DNA of 53,558 nt. Origin: Promethearchaeota archaeon. Its GTDB lineage: Archaea; Asgardarchaeota; Lokiarchaeia; Sigyniarchaeales; SOKP01. The DNA is taken from positions 1-53,558 of the forward strand of contig JABXKD010000014.1 in assembly GCA_013375475.1 (NCBI GenBank), in the 5' to 3' direction. Positions 27,746-38,988 of this stretch are shown here, piece by piece; within the stretch, counting starts at the first letter, position 1; every line of letters begins with the position of its first letter. The notes under the pieces are model-generated. The model worked only from the letters and a program-made list of their open reading frames with translations. It did no database searches and was not told the origin of the DNA. The position numbers were made by a program, and so were the translations under genes.

Positions 27746-28720
27746 ATGACAGAATTTAAATTTTTGAATTACGATGGAATATCTCTCTTTTCCAATTGTC
27801 TTGTGTATCAAAATGAAAAAAATGTGCAAGTTCATTTGTTACCCGTAATTCATATCGGAGACACACAGTATTATGTTAGTTTATTAAACTATATTCAAAA
27901 CCGAATCTGTATTTTTGAAAAGATTAATCTCACTCCTCCAGATGTAACCCAACAGAAATTTGCGAAAAGTCTTGATGAGTATTTAGAAATCGCTTCTCCC
28001 GGGATAGACGGATTCTGGGATCAATACAAGAAGCTTTTAAAAAAATTTTACAAGAAATTCCTTACCCGAGAGGTAAAGTCTTTATGTAAAACGGTTAGAA
28101 AACAAATTAAAAACTTTGACGAAAAGATTAGAACAATTTACGATGATTGCATAAAATCTGGCTTTGGAATTCAAAATATGTATCCTATCCAATTATATCT
28201 ATGCGAAAGTTTGAATTTGAACCATCAAATAATAGCAATTGATTATATTAACGATATCCCTCGTCGCACCAACTGGATCCATACAGATTTAGATTTTGGA
28301 AGTATCACAGAAAATGTGGACCTAAATGAGTTAATAGAAGAAATGTTAACGGAACCCTCACCAGAAATACTTGATATGCTCATGAAACAAATTATACTTC
28401 TTTTAACAAATATTCTCGGAATGGTGGAATTTAAAATGACATCCGAAATATCTGAAAGAAGAGAACTATTAGCGAGTGAATTAGTTCATTTCCTAAGTCA
28501 ACGGTTTGAAGAAGTTATAAACAGCACGCCAGAATATATATTGGAGGGGAGAAATTCGATGGTCGAAGAACAAATTTTAAAATTAATCGAAGAACACGAG
28601 GAAATCGTAGTTTTTTACGGAGTAGCGCATATGGGAGCAATAGAAAGATTTTTATTAGGACAAGGTTTTAGCCTTAAAAATCAGCAAGGTTTTAAGGCTT
28701 TTAAAATTGAAGATAATTAG
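27746..28720 (+). CDS. Hypothetical protein, possibly TraB/TIKI-like fold
   Basis: Motif order PVIHIG..YY, FE, RN, FYGVAHM resembles the TraB/GumN/TIKI superfamily. Confidence 0.5.
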   Translation: MTEFKFLNYDGISLFSNCLVYQNEKNVQVHLLPVIHIGDTQYYVSLLNYIQNRICIFEKINLTPPDVTQQKFAKSLDEYLEIASPGIDGFWDQYKKLLKKFYKKFLTREVKSLCKTVRKQIKNFDEKIRTIYDDCIKSGFGIQNMYPIQLYLCESLNLNHQIIAIDYINDIPRRTNWIHTDLDFGSITENVDLNELIEEMLTEPSPEILDMLMKQIILLLTNILGMVEFKMTSEISERRELLASELVHFLSQRFEEVINSTPEYILEGRNSMVEEQILKLIEEHEEIVVFYGVAHMGAIERFLLGQGFSLKNQQGFKAFKIEDN

Positions 28721-28721
28721 G

Positions 28722-29702
28722 TTAAGAAATATAGCTTTCAACGAATTTCCTAATACTCTTCCAGGCATCCATGCTTTCCTCTAACTCATTAGCATATCTT
28801 TGGAACACATGTGTCATTCGTTCGTATATTTCTAGTGTTGTGTCAACTCCAAAGGATTTTGCTTGTTCTGCTAATAATATTGCTTGGTCCCGTATGACTT
28901 CAATACCCCCCGCTTGGATTAAAAGGGGCGGTAAGCCCTCAAGATCAGCGTAAATAGGAGAGATGTATGGATCCTTCTTGTTTTTGGTTCCAGAATATAA
29001 CACAGCTATTATCTCCAGCAAGGAAGCTAATACAGGCTCATATTTATAGAATTCTTCAAAAGATTTTCCAGCATTTATTAGATCGACCCATGGAGATTGC
29101 ATAACGGCTGCCGCGGGCATCGGTAGCCCTAATTCTCGAAGTTTTAACATCGTTGCCATCGTTAAACCTCCACCAGCGGATTCTCCGCATATGATTATAT
29201 TCTTTGGATCAAAATCTTGAGTTAATAGCCACTTATATGCGGAAATAGAATCTTCCAAAGCATTAGGGTAGGGATGTTCAGGTGCAAGTCGATATCCTAC
29301 ATTTAAACATCGCAAGTTAGCTTCTCTTGAGTATAATAATGGTGACCAGCGACGGCTATCAAGATTTCCTATTATATAACCTCCTCCGAATAAATGAAAG
29401 AAGACTTTTTTATCATCAGCATTAGAAACATAAACCCATTCCGATTCCACGCCTCCTGCATCAACTCGTTTGAATGTAACATCTTCCGGGATATTTTTGT
29501 TGGTTTCGAGTGCAGTAACCGTATCTATGTATCGATGCATACCTAACAAAAGAAGTCCATTTACCTTCTTAATAGTTAGGTCTTCTACACTTACTCCATG
29601 CTTGGCAGCGAACTCTTCTGCAGCTTTAGCGCTAATTTCAGCGTCTCTTTCTAATAGTTTTCCTAATTTAGGATGTATTTTTGACACTTCGAGATATGAC
29701 AT
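28722..29702 (-). CDS. Alpha/beta hydrolase (HSL-family esterase)
   Basis: FGGGY oxyanion loop, YRLAPEHPYP, GESAGG, SPWVD, HVF; start moved to the ATG at 29702 after GGGGT. Confidence 0.9.
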   Translation of the reverse strand: MSYLEVSKIHPKLGKLLERDAEISAKAAEEFAAKHGVSVEDLTIKKVNGLLLLGMHRYIDTVTALETNKNIPEDVTFKRVDAGGVESEWVYVSNADDKKVFFHLFGGGYIIGNLDSRRWSPLLYSREANLRCLNVGYRLAPEHPYPNALEDSISAYKWLLTQDFDPKNIIICGESAGGGLTMATMLKLRELGLPMPAAAVMQSPWVDLINAGKSFEEFYKYEPVLASLLEIIAVLYSGTKNKKDPYISPIYADLEGLPPLLIQAGGIEVIRDQAILLAEQAKSFGVDTTLEIYERMTHVFQRYANELEESMDAWKSIRKFVESYIS

Positions 29703-29971
29703 GACTACCCCTAATAATAAGTAAATGGTTAGAGTGGAAAATATATCATTCAATATTAATTCTTACATCAATGTTCTCGAGTTTATATGACTTAGAACCA
29801 TAATGGGTGATTTTAATAAGGATTGATTTTTAGTTGTTTATATATTCAGATTTAAGTCTAAGTATAACACTTGGTTGATTTTCTCATAGATTTCAACTTC
29901 TTAAATTAAATTAAGATAGATATAATTGTAAGTAAATTTAAATAGTTATTGAAAAAAAGAGAAATCCTCAA

Positions 29972-31387
<1,416 letters not shown>

Positions 31388-31591
31388 TTATAGATCTTCA
31401 AAAAGATTTTTGAATTTTATGCCCATATATTTCCCATTCAAGTAAAATTGGGGATTATCTATAATTATTCTCACTCCTAAAAATAACCGGTTTTAAACCC
31501 AGCTAAGGATATGATTTAGATTTAGCGTTGAGCTCTACTAATACGTTATCTCAGTCCCCTCTCAATTAAAAAGCTATTTAAAAAGTAATAT

Positions 31592-32011
31592 CTAAAATTC
31601 TTTGCTTCTTAAATCGCTTATTGAGTCAGCAGATCCAATTAACACAGCATTTTTCATATTTAGATTTTTGAAATTCAAAGAACTATCTTTAGCAACGACA
31701 CAGTTCTCTAGTTTAAAGTTCTCTCCAATTACTGCATTTTTAAATATGATTGTGTTAGAAATTTCGACATAATCTTGAATTTCTGAATTGGCACCTATAT
31801 ATACATTTGGTCCTAAAAGAACATCATCTCCGATTTTTACATTATCTTCTAAATAGACGGGCTCTATAAAAGTTGGATAATCTCCTATGTAGTTTTCAAG
31901 ACGGTTAGTTACTTTTGTAAAGAATCTCTGTATGAGTTCCTTAATATCTGATTTTTCAATATCATCAATATTTCCTATGATTTCTTCTATATTAGCTAAA
32001 ATTTCTTTCAT
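31592..32011 (-). CDS. Stand-alone left-handed beta-helix (hexapeptide repeat) protein
   Basis: PVYLEDNVKIGDDVLLGPNVYIGANSEI; resembles the C-terminal domain of NDP-sugar pyrophosphorylases. Confidence 0.75.
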   Translation of the reverse strand: MKEILANIEEIIGNIDDIEKSDIKELIQRFFTKVTNRLENYIGDYPTFIEPVYLEDNVKIGDDVLLGPNVYIGANSEIQDYVEISNTIIFKNAVIGENFKLENCVVAKDSSLNFKNLNMKNAVLIGSADSISDLRSKEF

Positions 32012-32029
32012 AAAATTTCACTTGTTTTT

Positions 32030-32755
32030 TCAAAAACCCATTAAATTCATTAATTTTTCGACATTCTCCCCAGTTTTTGCGCTTGTTGTAATTACTTCTA
32101 TATTGGGGTTAATTTTTTTAGCATCAGAGATCATTTTATCGACATCAGTTCCAAGACGTTCCTTTAAATCAACTTTATTTATAACTGCAATGTCTGACAT
32201 TTTAAATAGCATAGGATGTTTTTCTACTACCCATTCTCCTTCTGTAGTTGAGACTACAATTATCCTTTTATCAGTCCCTAAAATAAAATCTGAAGGGCAT
32301 ATCAAATTTCCTACATTCTCAATAAAAACAACATCATAATTTTTTAAGTCTTTATTTTTGATTATTTGATGGATGTGATATGCATTTAAGGCGCATTCTC
32401 GACCGGTATTGATCTGAACGGTTTCTGCGTTGTGTTTTTCAATACGATCGGCGTCCAATCGTGTTGTTATATCCCCACAAATGACTAGCACTCGATATTT
32501 TGAAGTTATTTTTTCAGATATCGCTTCTAATAAAGCAGTTTTACCTGCTCCGATAGCACCTACAATATCAAATGATTTAATATTATTGTCTATAAATTTT
32601 TGGTGGACTCTATCAGCTAACAAGTCGTTATCTTTTTCTACAGCCTTTTTAGTCTCGATGACTTCGTTTCTAATATCATCTCGAGCCAAATTAGTACTTT
32701 CAATTTCTTTTATTCTTGATATTATTTTTTCTTCCTTTTCTGACACTGAGAACAC
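32030..32755 (-). CDS. hypB: Hydrogenase nickel incorporation GTPase HypB
   Basis: GAIGAGKT, QINTGREC, ENVGNLICP, NKVD, SAKTG. Confidence 0.92.
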   Translation of the reverse strand: MFSVSEKEEKIISRIKEIESTNLARDDIRNEVIETKKAVEKDNDLLADRVHQKFIDNNIKSFDIVGAIGAGKTALLEAISEKITSKYRVLVICGDITTRLDADRIEKHNAETVQINTGRECALNAYHIHQIIKNKDLKNYDVVFIENVGNLICPSDFILGTDKRIIVVSTTEGEWVVEKHPMLFKMSDIAVINKVDLKERLGTDVDKMISDAKKINPNIEVITTSAKTGENVEKLMNLMGF

Positions 32756-32851
32756 TTTGCTGTTTTTGTTTTATTAATATTTGAAATAATTTCAATTTTG
32801 TGAAATTATAAAAAAAATATAAAAAGAATATTTCTAAATAGCGAGCTTCTT

Positions 32852-33763
32852 TTATTTGGAATATTTTAACATAATATAATTAGATAAAAGAACTAAAACT
32901 CCGCCTATAACGGTGAATATAGAGAGATTCTTTAAGAAAATCGCTGTATTAATCGTTGCCATGACAGGTTCAATGTACGATAAAATCACAATGTTTCCTC
33001 CCTTATCTTTTTTCACTCCAACATTATACAATGTAAATGCTAAAGCAGTAGGAATGAGCCCAAGCATTAAAATAATTATTAGGTCAAAAAATGTGATTCT
33101 AAATAAATCTGTAATACCAAATGGTAGGAATGGAAAAATTAAGAATAAGGTTGACCATAAAGTTAGAAAAACATCAAAATTTTCATTCGAATTAATTTTT
33201 CCTCTATTTGTATATATTTTTTTTTTAGAAAAGATCAATATACCTAAGCAAAAACCCGAAAAAATCCCAATAACTATTCCTAATATTAAAACCTGACCTG
33301 TCCAAAATTCCATTATAATGGATATCCCTACGATTGCTAAAATGAAACTAATAAAGTTGATCTTTGATACTTTTTCTTCTCTCGTTATTACTAAGAAGAA
33401 CAATAGGAAAATTCCACTAGTATATAATAAAAATGCTGCAAAAGCGTAACCTGTGAGAGCTATATTCAAAAAGTAAAGAAATACCACTAGTGGGGTCATT
33501 ATTGCTAATAGAATTAAAAGTTTCCAGTGTATTTTGAAACACTCTTTAAAGAAAGTAAATGAAAAGGATCTTGTTATTATCATAAAAAGAATTAGAAAAA
33601 CGGTTCCAAAAATACCTCTGAACAAGACTATTGAATAAATAGGATACCCACTTAATAAAGAAATAAATATCCCCACATTACCCATAAAAATCCCTGATAA
33701 GAACATGCTTATTTTAGGAATTGCTAGATTAGTAGGAGATTCATTTAAATCCTCTATGGTCAT
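32852..33763 (-). CDS. EamA/DMT family transporter
   Basis: About 10 TMs, PTALAFTLYN.G, SYIEPV. Confidence 0.85.
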   Translation of the reverse strand: MTIEDLNESPTNLAIPKISMFLSGIFMGNVGIFISLLSGYPIYSIVLFRGIFGTVFLILFMIITRSFSFTFFKECFKIHWKLLILLAIMTPLVVFLYFLNIALTGYAFAAFLLYTSGIFLLFFLVITREEKVSKINFISFILAIVGISIIMEFWTGQVLILGIVIGIFSGFCLGILIFSKKKIYTNRGKINSNENFDVFLTLWSTLFLIFPFLPFGITDLFRITFFDLIIILMLGLIPTALAFTLYNVGVKKDKGGNIVILSYIEPVMATINTAIFLKNLSIFTVIGGVLVLLSNYIMLKYSK

Positions 33764-33930
33764 TGTATTGGAAAAGTTATCATTGTTTTAATTTTATTGG
33801 AATTAAATAATTTACAAACAAAATAGATGTTTATCTAATAAGTGTGTGGTTTTATTACAATACTTATCAATTTCGCATCAATCAGAAACAGAAGGAACAA
33901 GATACTAATGAATCCATGTTTTTTAATTGA

Positions 33931-35298
33931 TTAGTTCTTAAATCCACACTTAGGACAAGTAGAAGCGCCGATAAGCGTTTGACCGCACATTTTACACAAT
34001 TTAACGGTACTTCTTCTAGGAGGTCTTAACGTAGTGATTGAGATTTTCTCCTCTGTCTTCGTTGAACCTTCGGTATCACCCATGACTGATTCAGTTGTAG
34101 GAGAGATGAAATTATTACCTGAACCGTTAGGTTTCACAGCTATTTCTTGACCAAAATATCCTCCAACTCTAACTTTTTTAGTTGGAGTTACCAATGTAGG
34201 AGGTTTACTCAAACTAGGTGGTGATTTAAGTTTTTCGGGATTGAGAATATCCTCACCTATAACCACATGTTCGTGATCCTGTTCAAATACCTGCTCCTCA
34301 AATTCGCTTTCTTCAATATATTCTTCTTCTATTTTCTCCTCAACACTTCCATGTGAAACAATTTCTATTTCTGGTTCTTCTTCGTATTCTTCTTCGTATA
34401 TCATATCTACATATTCTTCATCCAACTTCAAAAGAGTTTGGCAATTTAAACATCTGAAGATATGGTGAAATCCGATATTATTGTTAATAGAATAATCTGC
34501 GGCACAACAAGCGTGATATCTCACATTACAATTAAAACATTTGTGAACTTCATCAGAATAAGCACTACAAATAGGGCACACTTCTTTTTCGCATATATCA
34601 CACTTTTCTTCTTCATCAGGATCTAATGAAATTAAATCTACAGCTAATTTTTCGTAAAATATTTTATCTTCTTTCAAAATTTGACTACTTGCTTCCGGGT
34701 GAACAACATTAAATTCGGATTTACTCTGAACTAGGGACATTAAAATATTAAAAAACGATTTTGCATCATTACAATAGAGTACACCTCCATGAGTTTCACT
34801 GGTTACGACTTTTAATTTAACATCGTCGTTGTAGAACTGTTCTTCTCCTACACGAATAATATCAATAAAAGTATCGAATTTCTTAGCTTTAATTAAAAGA
34901 TCGTAAAGCGCATTATGATAGTCCTCAGATAATGTACTGGGGGTATCAGAGATTATAATTATCCTATAGTTTTTTCGAGCATCTCTACTTCGTCTAAAAA
35001 CATAAGCTAATATTTCAAATAAACCATTTTCAAAAAAACTTCTTTTTATTTCTCTAGTATCCCACTTTTCAGTTATGATTTCGGTAATTGCATTAAAATC
35101 AGTCTTATCATATAATGTTACAGGATTATCGTCAGATTGAAAAAGTAACAATCCATATGAACTCAAAGTATTAAACTTATCTTTTTCTTTGATGAAAGAA
35201 CCAATATTTTTGATAAAGTTCTTTTTCTTAATAAAATCGGTTGTAAGATCGATGTAAAATATAAATTCTTCTGAGCTTATCGAAGTCTTCTTAAACAT
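33931..35298 (-). CDS. vWA domain + PHD/RING-like finger + acidic linker + C-terminal zinc ribbon protein (paralog B)
   Basis: vWA elements FYIDLT, RIIIISD, FIDIIRVG, SETHGG; CDIC-CPIC-CFNC-x4-HACC-CLNC; CKMC..CPKC. Confidence 0.75.
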   Translation of the reverse strand: MFKKTSISSEEFIFYIDLTTDFIKKKNFIKNIGSFIKEKDKFNTLSSYGLLLFQSDDNPVTLYDKTDFNAITEIITEKWDTREIKRSFFENGLFEILAYVFRRSRDARKNYRIIIISDTPSTLSEDYHNALYDLLIKAKKFDTFIDIIRVGEEQFYNDDVKLKVVTSETHGGVLYCNDAKSFFNILMSLVQSKSEFNVVHPEASSQILKEDKIFYEKLAVDLISLDPDEEEKCDICEKEVCPICSAYSDEVHKCFNCNVRYHACCAADYSINNNIGFHHIFRCLNCQTLLKLDEEYVDMIYEEEYEEEPEIEIVSHGSVEEKIEEEYIEESEFEEQVFEQDHEHVVIGEDILNPEKLKSPPSLSKPPTLVTPTKKVRVGGYFGQEIAVKPNGSGNNFISPTTESVMGDTEGSTKTEEKISITTLRPPRRSTVKLCKMCGQTLIGASTCPKCGFKN

Positions 35299-35440
35299 AT
35301 TTAGATCCAGATTTAGTATAAATTTTATCCAAAAATGAAGTGATTAAATGATAAGAGAATTTTTATTTATTTTTATTGATCTTTGTTAAGTTCTCATTAT
35401 TAAAGACCATAAATTTACATGAAAATAGAATAGAGGAATT

Positions 35441-36838
35441 TTAAATTTCTAATGTATGTCCGCAATAAGGACAAGATTGTTTATCATTATTCTTTTCATC
35501 AATCTGGGTACCACAACTAGGACAATTTATAACGCTCGGTTTTTCAACACTTCTATTAGCGCTAAAATCGTTTCCTGATTGACTCGAGAGTTGTGGTATC
35601 TCGACTTTATTAGGTTTTGGTTCTGAAATTAAATCATTTTTTCTTTCGTAAGCATTATTATTCATTTCAGACTCATTGGATGTAGTTACTTTTTGATAGA
35701 CGAGTTTATCGCCTTCTTTTTTAATAGTATATGTCTTTCCAAAAAAACCCCCGATCCTAACTTTTTGGAGATTATCTTCATACGATTCTCCAATTGCGAT
35801 ATCAGGAGTTCCTTTAGTTTCTATGTAAGATTCTTCATTATAAAATTGCTCTGGTTCCTCAAAAGTAGGGTTTTCCACCAAATTTGTAGCAATTTCTTCC
35901 TTCTCTAAATAGTCTTCAACCGATTCAGTTACAGATTCATAAGGTTCGACAATTTCATCTTGATCGATTTTTAAGAGAATATCACACTTAGGGCATCGAA
36001 AAATGTGGGGTATTCCAATATTATTTTGTATCGTATAATTAGTCACACAGCAATTATGAAACGCAGAATTACAACTTTCACAAATCTGTAATGTATCGTT
36101 TATATCGGCACAACAGGGACAAATCTCTTCTTGGCAAAGATGACACTTCAATCCCACCTCATTTGTATTTGATGGTATTAATCTTTTAGCTAAGCGAGAA
36201 TAAAATTCATAGTCTTCCATCTTAATTTTGATCTTATCTGGTTGTTCTTCTAGTGCTTTCACTTGTTGTTTGGATTTGATTAGGTTTTTTATTATTGTTA
36301 TGAAATCTTTTTTTTCTGATAAATAAAACATTGCACCATTAGTATCGCTTGCCAAAATATTTAATTTGACATCATCTCTAAAAAACCGTTCTTCTTTTTC
36401 TGAAACTCTTATAATATCTATGAAAGTTGGTATTACTTTGATTTTAGACACTAACCCAAATAATGCTTCAGTATAATCCTCAGATAGATCGCTAGGGGTA
36501 TCAGTTATTATGATAATTCTATTATGTCTTGATTTTTTTCTTACAGTTTCTGCTATATATGAAAATATGTAAAAAAGCCCGTTTTCGAAGAACGATTGTT
36601 TTTTAGGACGAGTTTTCCAGTTTTCTTCAATGGCATTTTGAATAATTTCAGAGTCTTTCTTATCTGTTATAAATATAGGATTCCCTGCGTCTTGGAAGAT
36701 AAGTAAACCATAATGTCCTTTAATATTTGTTTTATTTCTTTCAGAAATATAGTACTTAATGGCTTTATTGACTTCTTTCTTCTTTAAAATATCCTTGGTT
36801 AAATCTAAGTAGAAAAAAATATCTTCATAGGGGCTCAT
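35441..36838 (-). CDS. vWA domain + PHD/RING-like finger + acidic linker + C-terminal zinc ribbon protein (paralog A)
   Basis: FYLDLT, RIIIITD, FIDIIRVS, SDTNG; CHLC-CPCC-CESC-x4-HNCC-CPKC; CPSC..CPYC; clearly paralogous to 33931..35298. Confidence 0.75.
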   Translation of the reverse strand: MSPYEDIFFYLDLTKDILKKKEVNKAIKYYISERNKTNIKGHYGLLIFQDAGNPIFITDKKDSEIIQNAIEENWKTRPKKQSFFENGLFYIFSYIAETVRKKSRHNRIIIITDTPSDLSEDYTEALFGLVSKIKVIPTFIDIIRVSEKEERFFRDDVKLNILASDTNGAMFYLSEKKDFITIIKNLIKSKQQVKALEEQPDKIKIKMEDYEFYSRLAKRLIPSNTNEVGLKCHLCQEEICPCCADINDTLQICESCNSAFHNCCVTNYTIQNNIGIPHIFRCPKCDILLKIDQDEIVEPYESVTESVEDYLEKEEIATNLVENPTFEEPEQFYNEESYIETKGTPDIAIGESYEDNLQKVRIGGFFGKTYTIKKEGDKLVYQKVTTSNESEMNNNAYERKNDLISEPKPNKVEIPQLSSQSGNDFSANRSVEKPSVINCPSCGTQIDEKNNDKQSCPYCGHTLEI

Positions 36839-36953
36839 AATAATATTTAAAACCTAACGTCTTTATAATTTAGTGTAGAGAGTTATAGTTTAAATATTTT
36901 CTTTAATCTAAAAAACTTTAAAAAATAGATATTGATATTACTTATTATTAAAA

Positions 36954-38936
36954 GTGAAAAGGAATGAGACCAATATGGAAGAATTATTAAAAAACATCCA
37001 ACTTTCAGATAGAGGAATCGAATTATACTTGCGATGTATTGGTCAACAACCATTATCTTCATTTGAACTATTCTCTCTTTTGCCAAATGTTTCTCAGGAA
37101 GAATTTTCTAATACTATAAAAGAGCTTGTTGAATTTGGTTTATTCGTGCCTATAAAACTTCAAGGATCAAATTTACCTTCACAATATCTAGCATTACCTC
37201 CAATTAATCCTATTTTAAATTACTATAGTAATATAAACGCTAATTTAGAAAGCATTAAAAATCAAGTACAAATACTTATATCGAATTCTCTAATCTCAAT
37301 ATTCCAAAAAAATAAGATTATTGAATTAGATACTATGTTTGAAGCTACACAAGAATTAAGGAAAGATATTGAAGAAGATGTAATAATTCAGAAACAAGAT
37401 ATTGATGACATCGTACAAGGTATAGAAAACCTGAAAGTTGTAAAAACTGTACTTGAAGATCTACGTCAATCAACAAAAAGCGTTATCCAAACTCAATTCT
37501 CGTATCTAATCAAATTAATCACTAATATAAAGAAAGATATCAACAATAAAGTCGAATCTTTAGAATTAAAAAAAACGGAGAAAGTTGTAAAAGACGCGAT
37601 CGAAGAAGTATTTAAAGAGAATTTTAATAAATTTTTAGGTGATTTTACCGCTAATTTACACAAATTAATAGAAGAAGAATTTAACAATACGATCGAATCT
37701 CTTAACAATATAATTGATTCAACTTTCCAATTTCGGAACGATTTTCAAATGGTTTTACTTAATATGTTAAACAGCAATGAGACGAAGATTAATACAATAA
37801 TTGAATTAATTAAAACAAAACGAATTAGCCTAGGAGACGATCTTAACAAATTTGAAAATGTGATTTTAGATAATTTCAAAGAAATTGTTTATAATTCTGT
37901 TGATTCTGTTGCTGCTTTAAATAATCCCATTAATACAGCCTTAGAGAGCTACTTAAAGGCAGTTATACCTTCAGAAGAGAATGATTTCTGGCAAGTAAAG
38001 AGTATCTCAAGAGTAAACGAAGAAATAATGCTTAGGATTTCCGAATCAAAACAAAAATTATTGATCATTGTTCCCAAACTTGAAGATCACATTGCTATAG
38101 ATGATTTCAAGAATATTTCAAAAAACCTTAAAATTGAAATTGCGTCTTCAGAGCCTCATACTAATAGCCATGTTAAAACAATAAAAGAACATAAAAACCT
38201 CGAGTATCGGACTCTTAAAAAAGATAATGTTATTATTTGTAAAAGCGACGATAACTATTTTCTTGTTGGAATGCTAAGAGGAGATTCGCAAAATTCGCAG
38301 GAAGATTTTATAGGATTTGCAACAAGTAATAAATTTCTGATTAAATTATTCCTTTTTGTTGTTAATGCCGTTTGGGATACTGCTAGTTCTAGTTTACATG
38401 AAACTCCAAGATCTCTCGGTATTAGTGCCCCCACAGAAGGGAAGGGAATAAAAACTTCACACCCAATTACTTCAACTCACTTTACAACACTCCAGAAAAA
38501 ACCTGTTCCCCCATCTATTGAAATTCCAGTAAGTATCAAAACTCAAGCTTCGGATGAGGTCAAAACAAACGAAAAAATCCCAAACATATCAGAAAAACTC
38601 CAGGGAAAAATTGAAAAACCTGTTAAGCCAATAGATACTAATTCAGCACCTAAGAAGACAATAGAACCCATTAAATCAGATGAAGACGCAGCAGTTCTTA
38701 TCAAGAACGCTTTTAAAGATTTAATACAAAAACTCCACAAACTTAATGGAGAAGAATTCAGTAAAGAAATGGAAACTATTGCAGATTTAATATTGGAAAA
38801 GAAGGGATTCAGCGTAACCCTACATAAGATAAGGAGTAAAATCAATCAATATAAAACTCATTTAGGCCATCTCAACGATACAGATATTAACCATATAATT
38901 GAGAGTATTGAAGAATGGGAGAATCACATATTGTAG
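36954..38936 (+). CDS. TrmB-like wHTH + long coiled coil + PLD-like domain + C-terminal helical domain protein
   Basis: N-terminal LS..GIELYL..L.E.GL..YLALPP; ~230-aa helical region; ISESKQKLLIIVP...D....LVG; P/T/K-rich linker. Confidence 0.65.
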   Translation: MKRNETNMEELLKNIQLSDRGIELYLRCIGQQPLSSFELFSLLPNVSQEEFSNTIKELVEFGLFVPIKLQGSNLPSQYLALPPINPILNYYSNINANLESIKNQVQILISNSLISIFQKNKIIELDTMFEATQELRKDIEEDVIIQKQDIDDIVQGIENLKVVKTVLEDLRQSTKSVIQTQFSYLIKLITNIKKDINNKVESLELKKTEKVVKDAIEEVFKENFNKFLGDFTANLHKLIEEEFNNTIESLNNIIDSTFQFRNDFQMVLLNMLNSNETKINTIIELIKTKRISLGDDLNKFENVILDNFKEIVYNSVDSVAALNNPINTALESYLKAVIPSEENDFWQVKSISRVNEEIMLRISESKQKLLIIVPKLEDHIAIDDFKNISKNLKIEIASSEPHTNSHVKTIKEHKNLEYRTLKKDNVIICKSDDNYFLVGMLRGDSQNSQEDFIGFATSNKFLIKLFLFVVNAVWDTASSSLHETPRSLGISAPTEGKGIKTSHPITSTHFTTLQKKPVPPSIEIPVSIKTQASDEVKTNEKIPNISEKLQGKIEKPVKPIDTNSAPKKTIEPIKSDEDAAVLIKNAFKDLIQKLHKLNGEEFSKEMETIADLILEKKGFSVTLHKIRSKINQYKTHLGHLNDTDINHIIESIEEWENHIL

Positions 38937-38988
38937 AAAATTTAACATTAATTTTTTTAATAATTTGATTATATTCCTATATCCTCAT

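Noticed and set aside
31487-31560. TPP riboswitch upstream of tpl (GGGGACTGAGA on the minus strand)
   Set aside because: Lacks the GAACCTGAT and GCGxAGGGA elements, and the downstream gene is unrelated to thiamine
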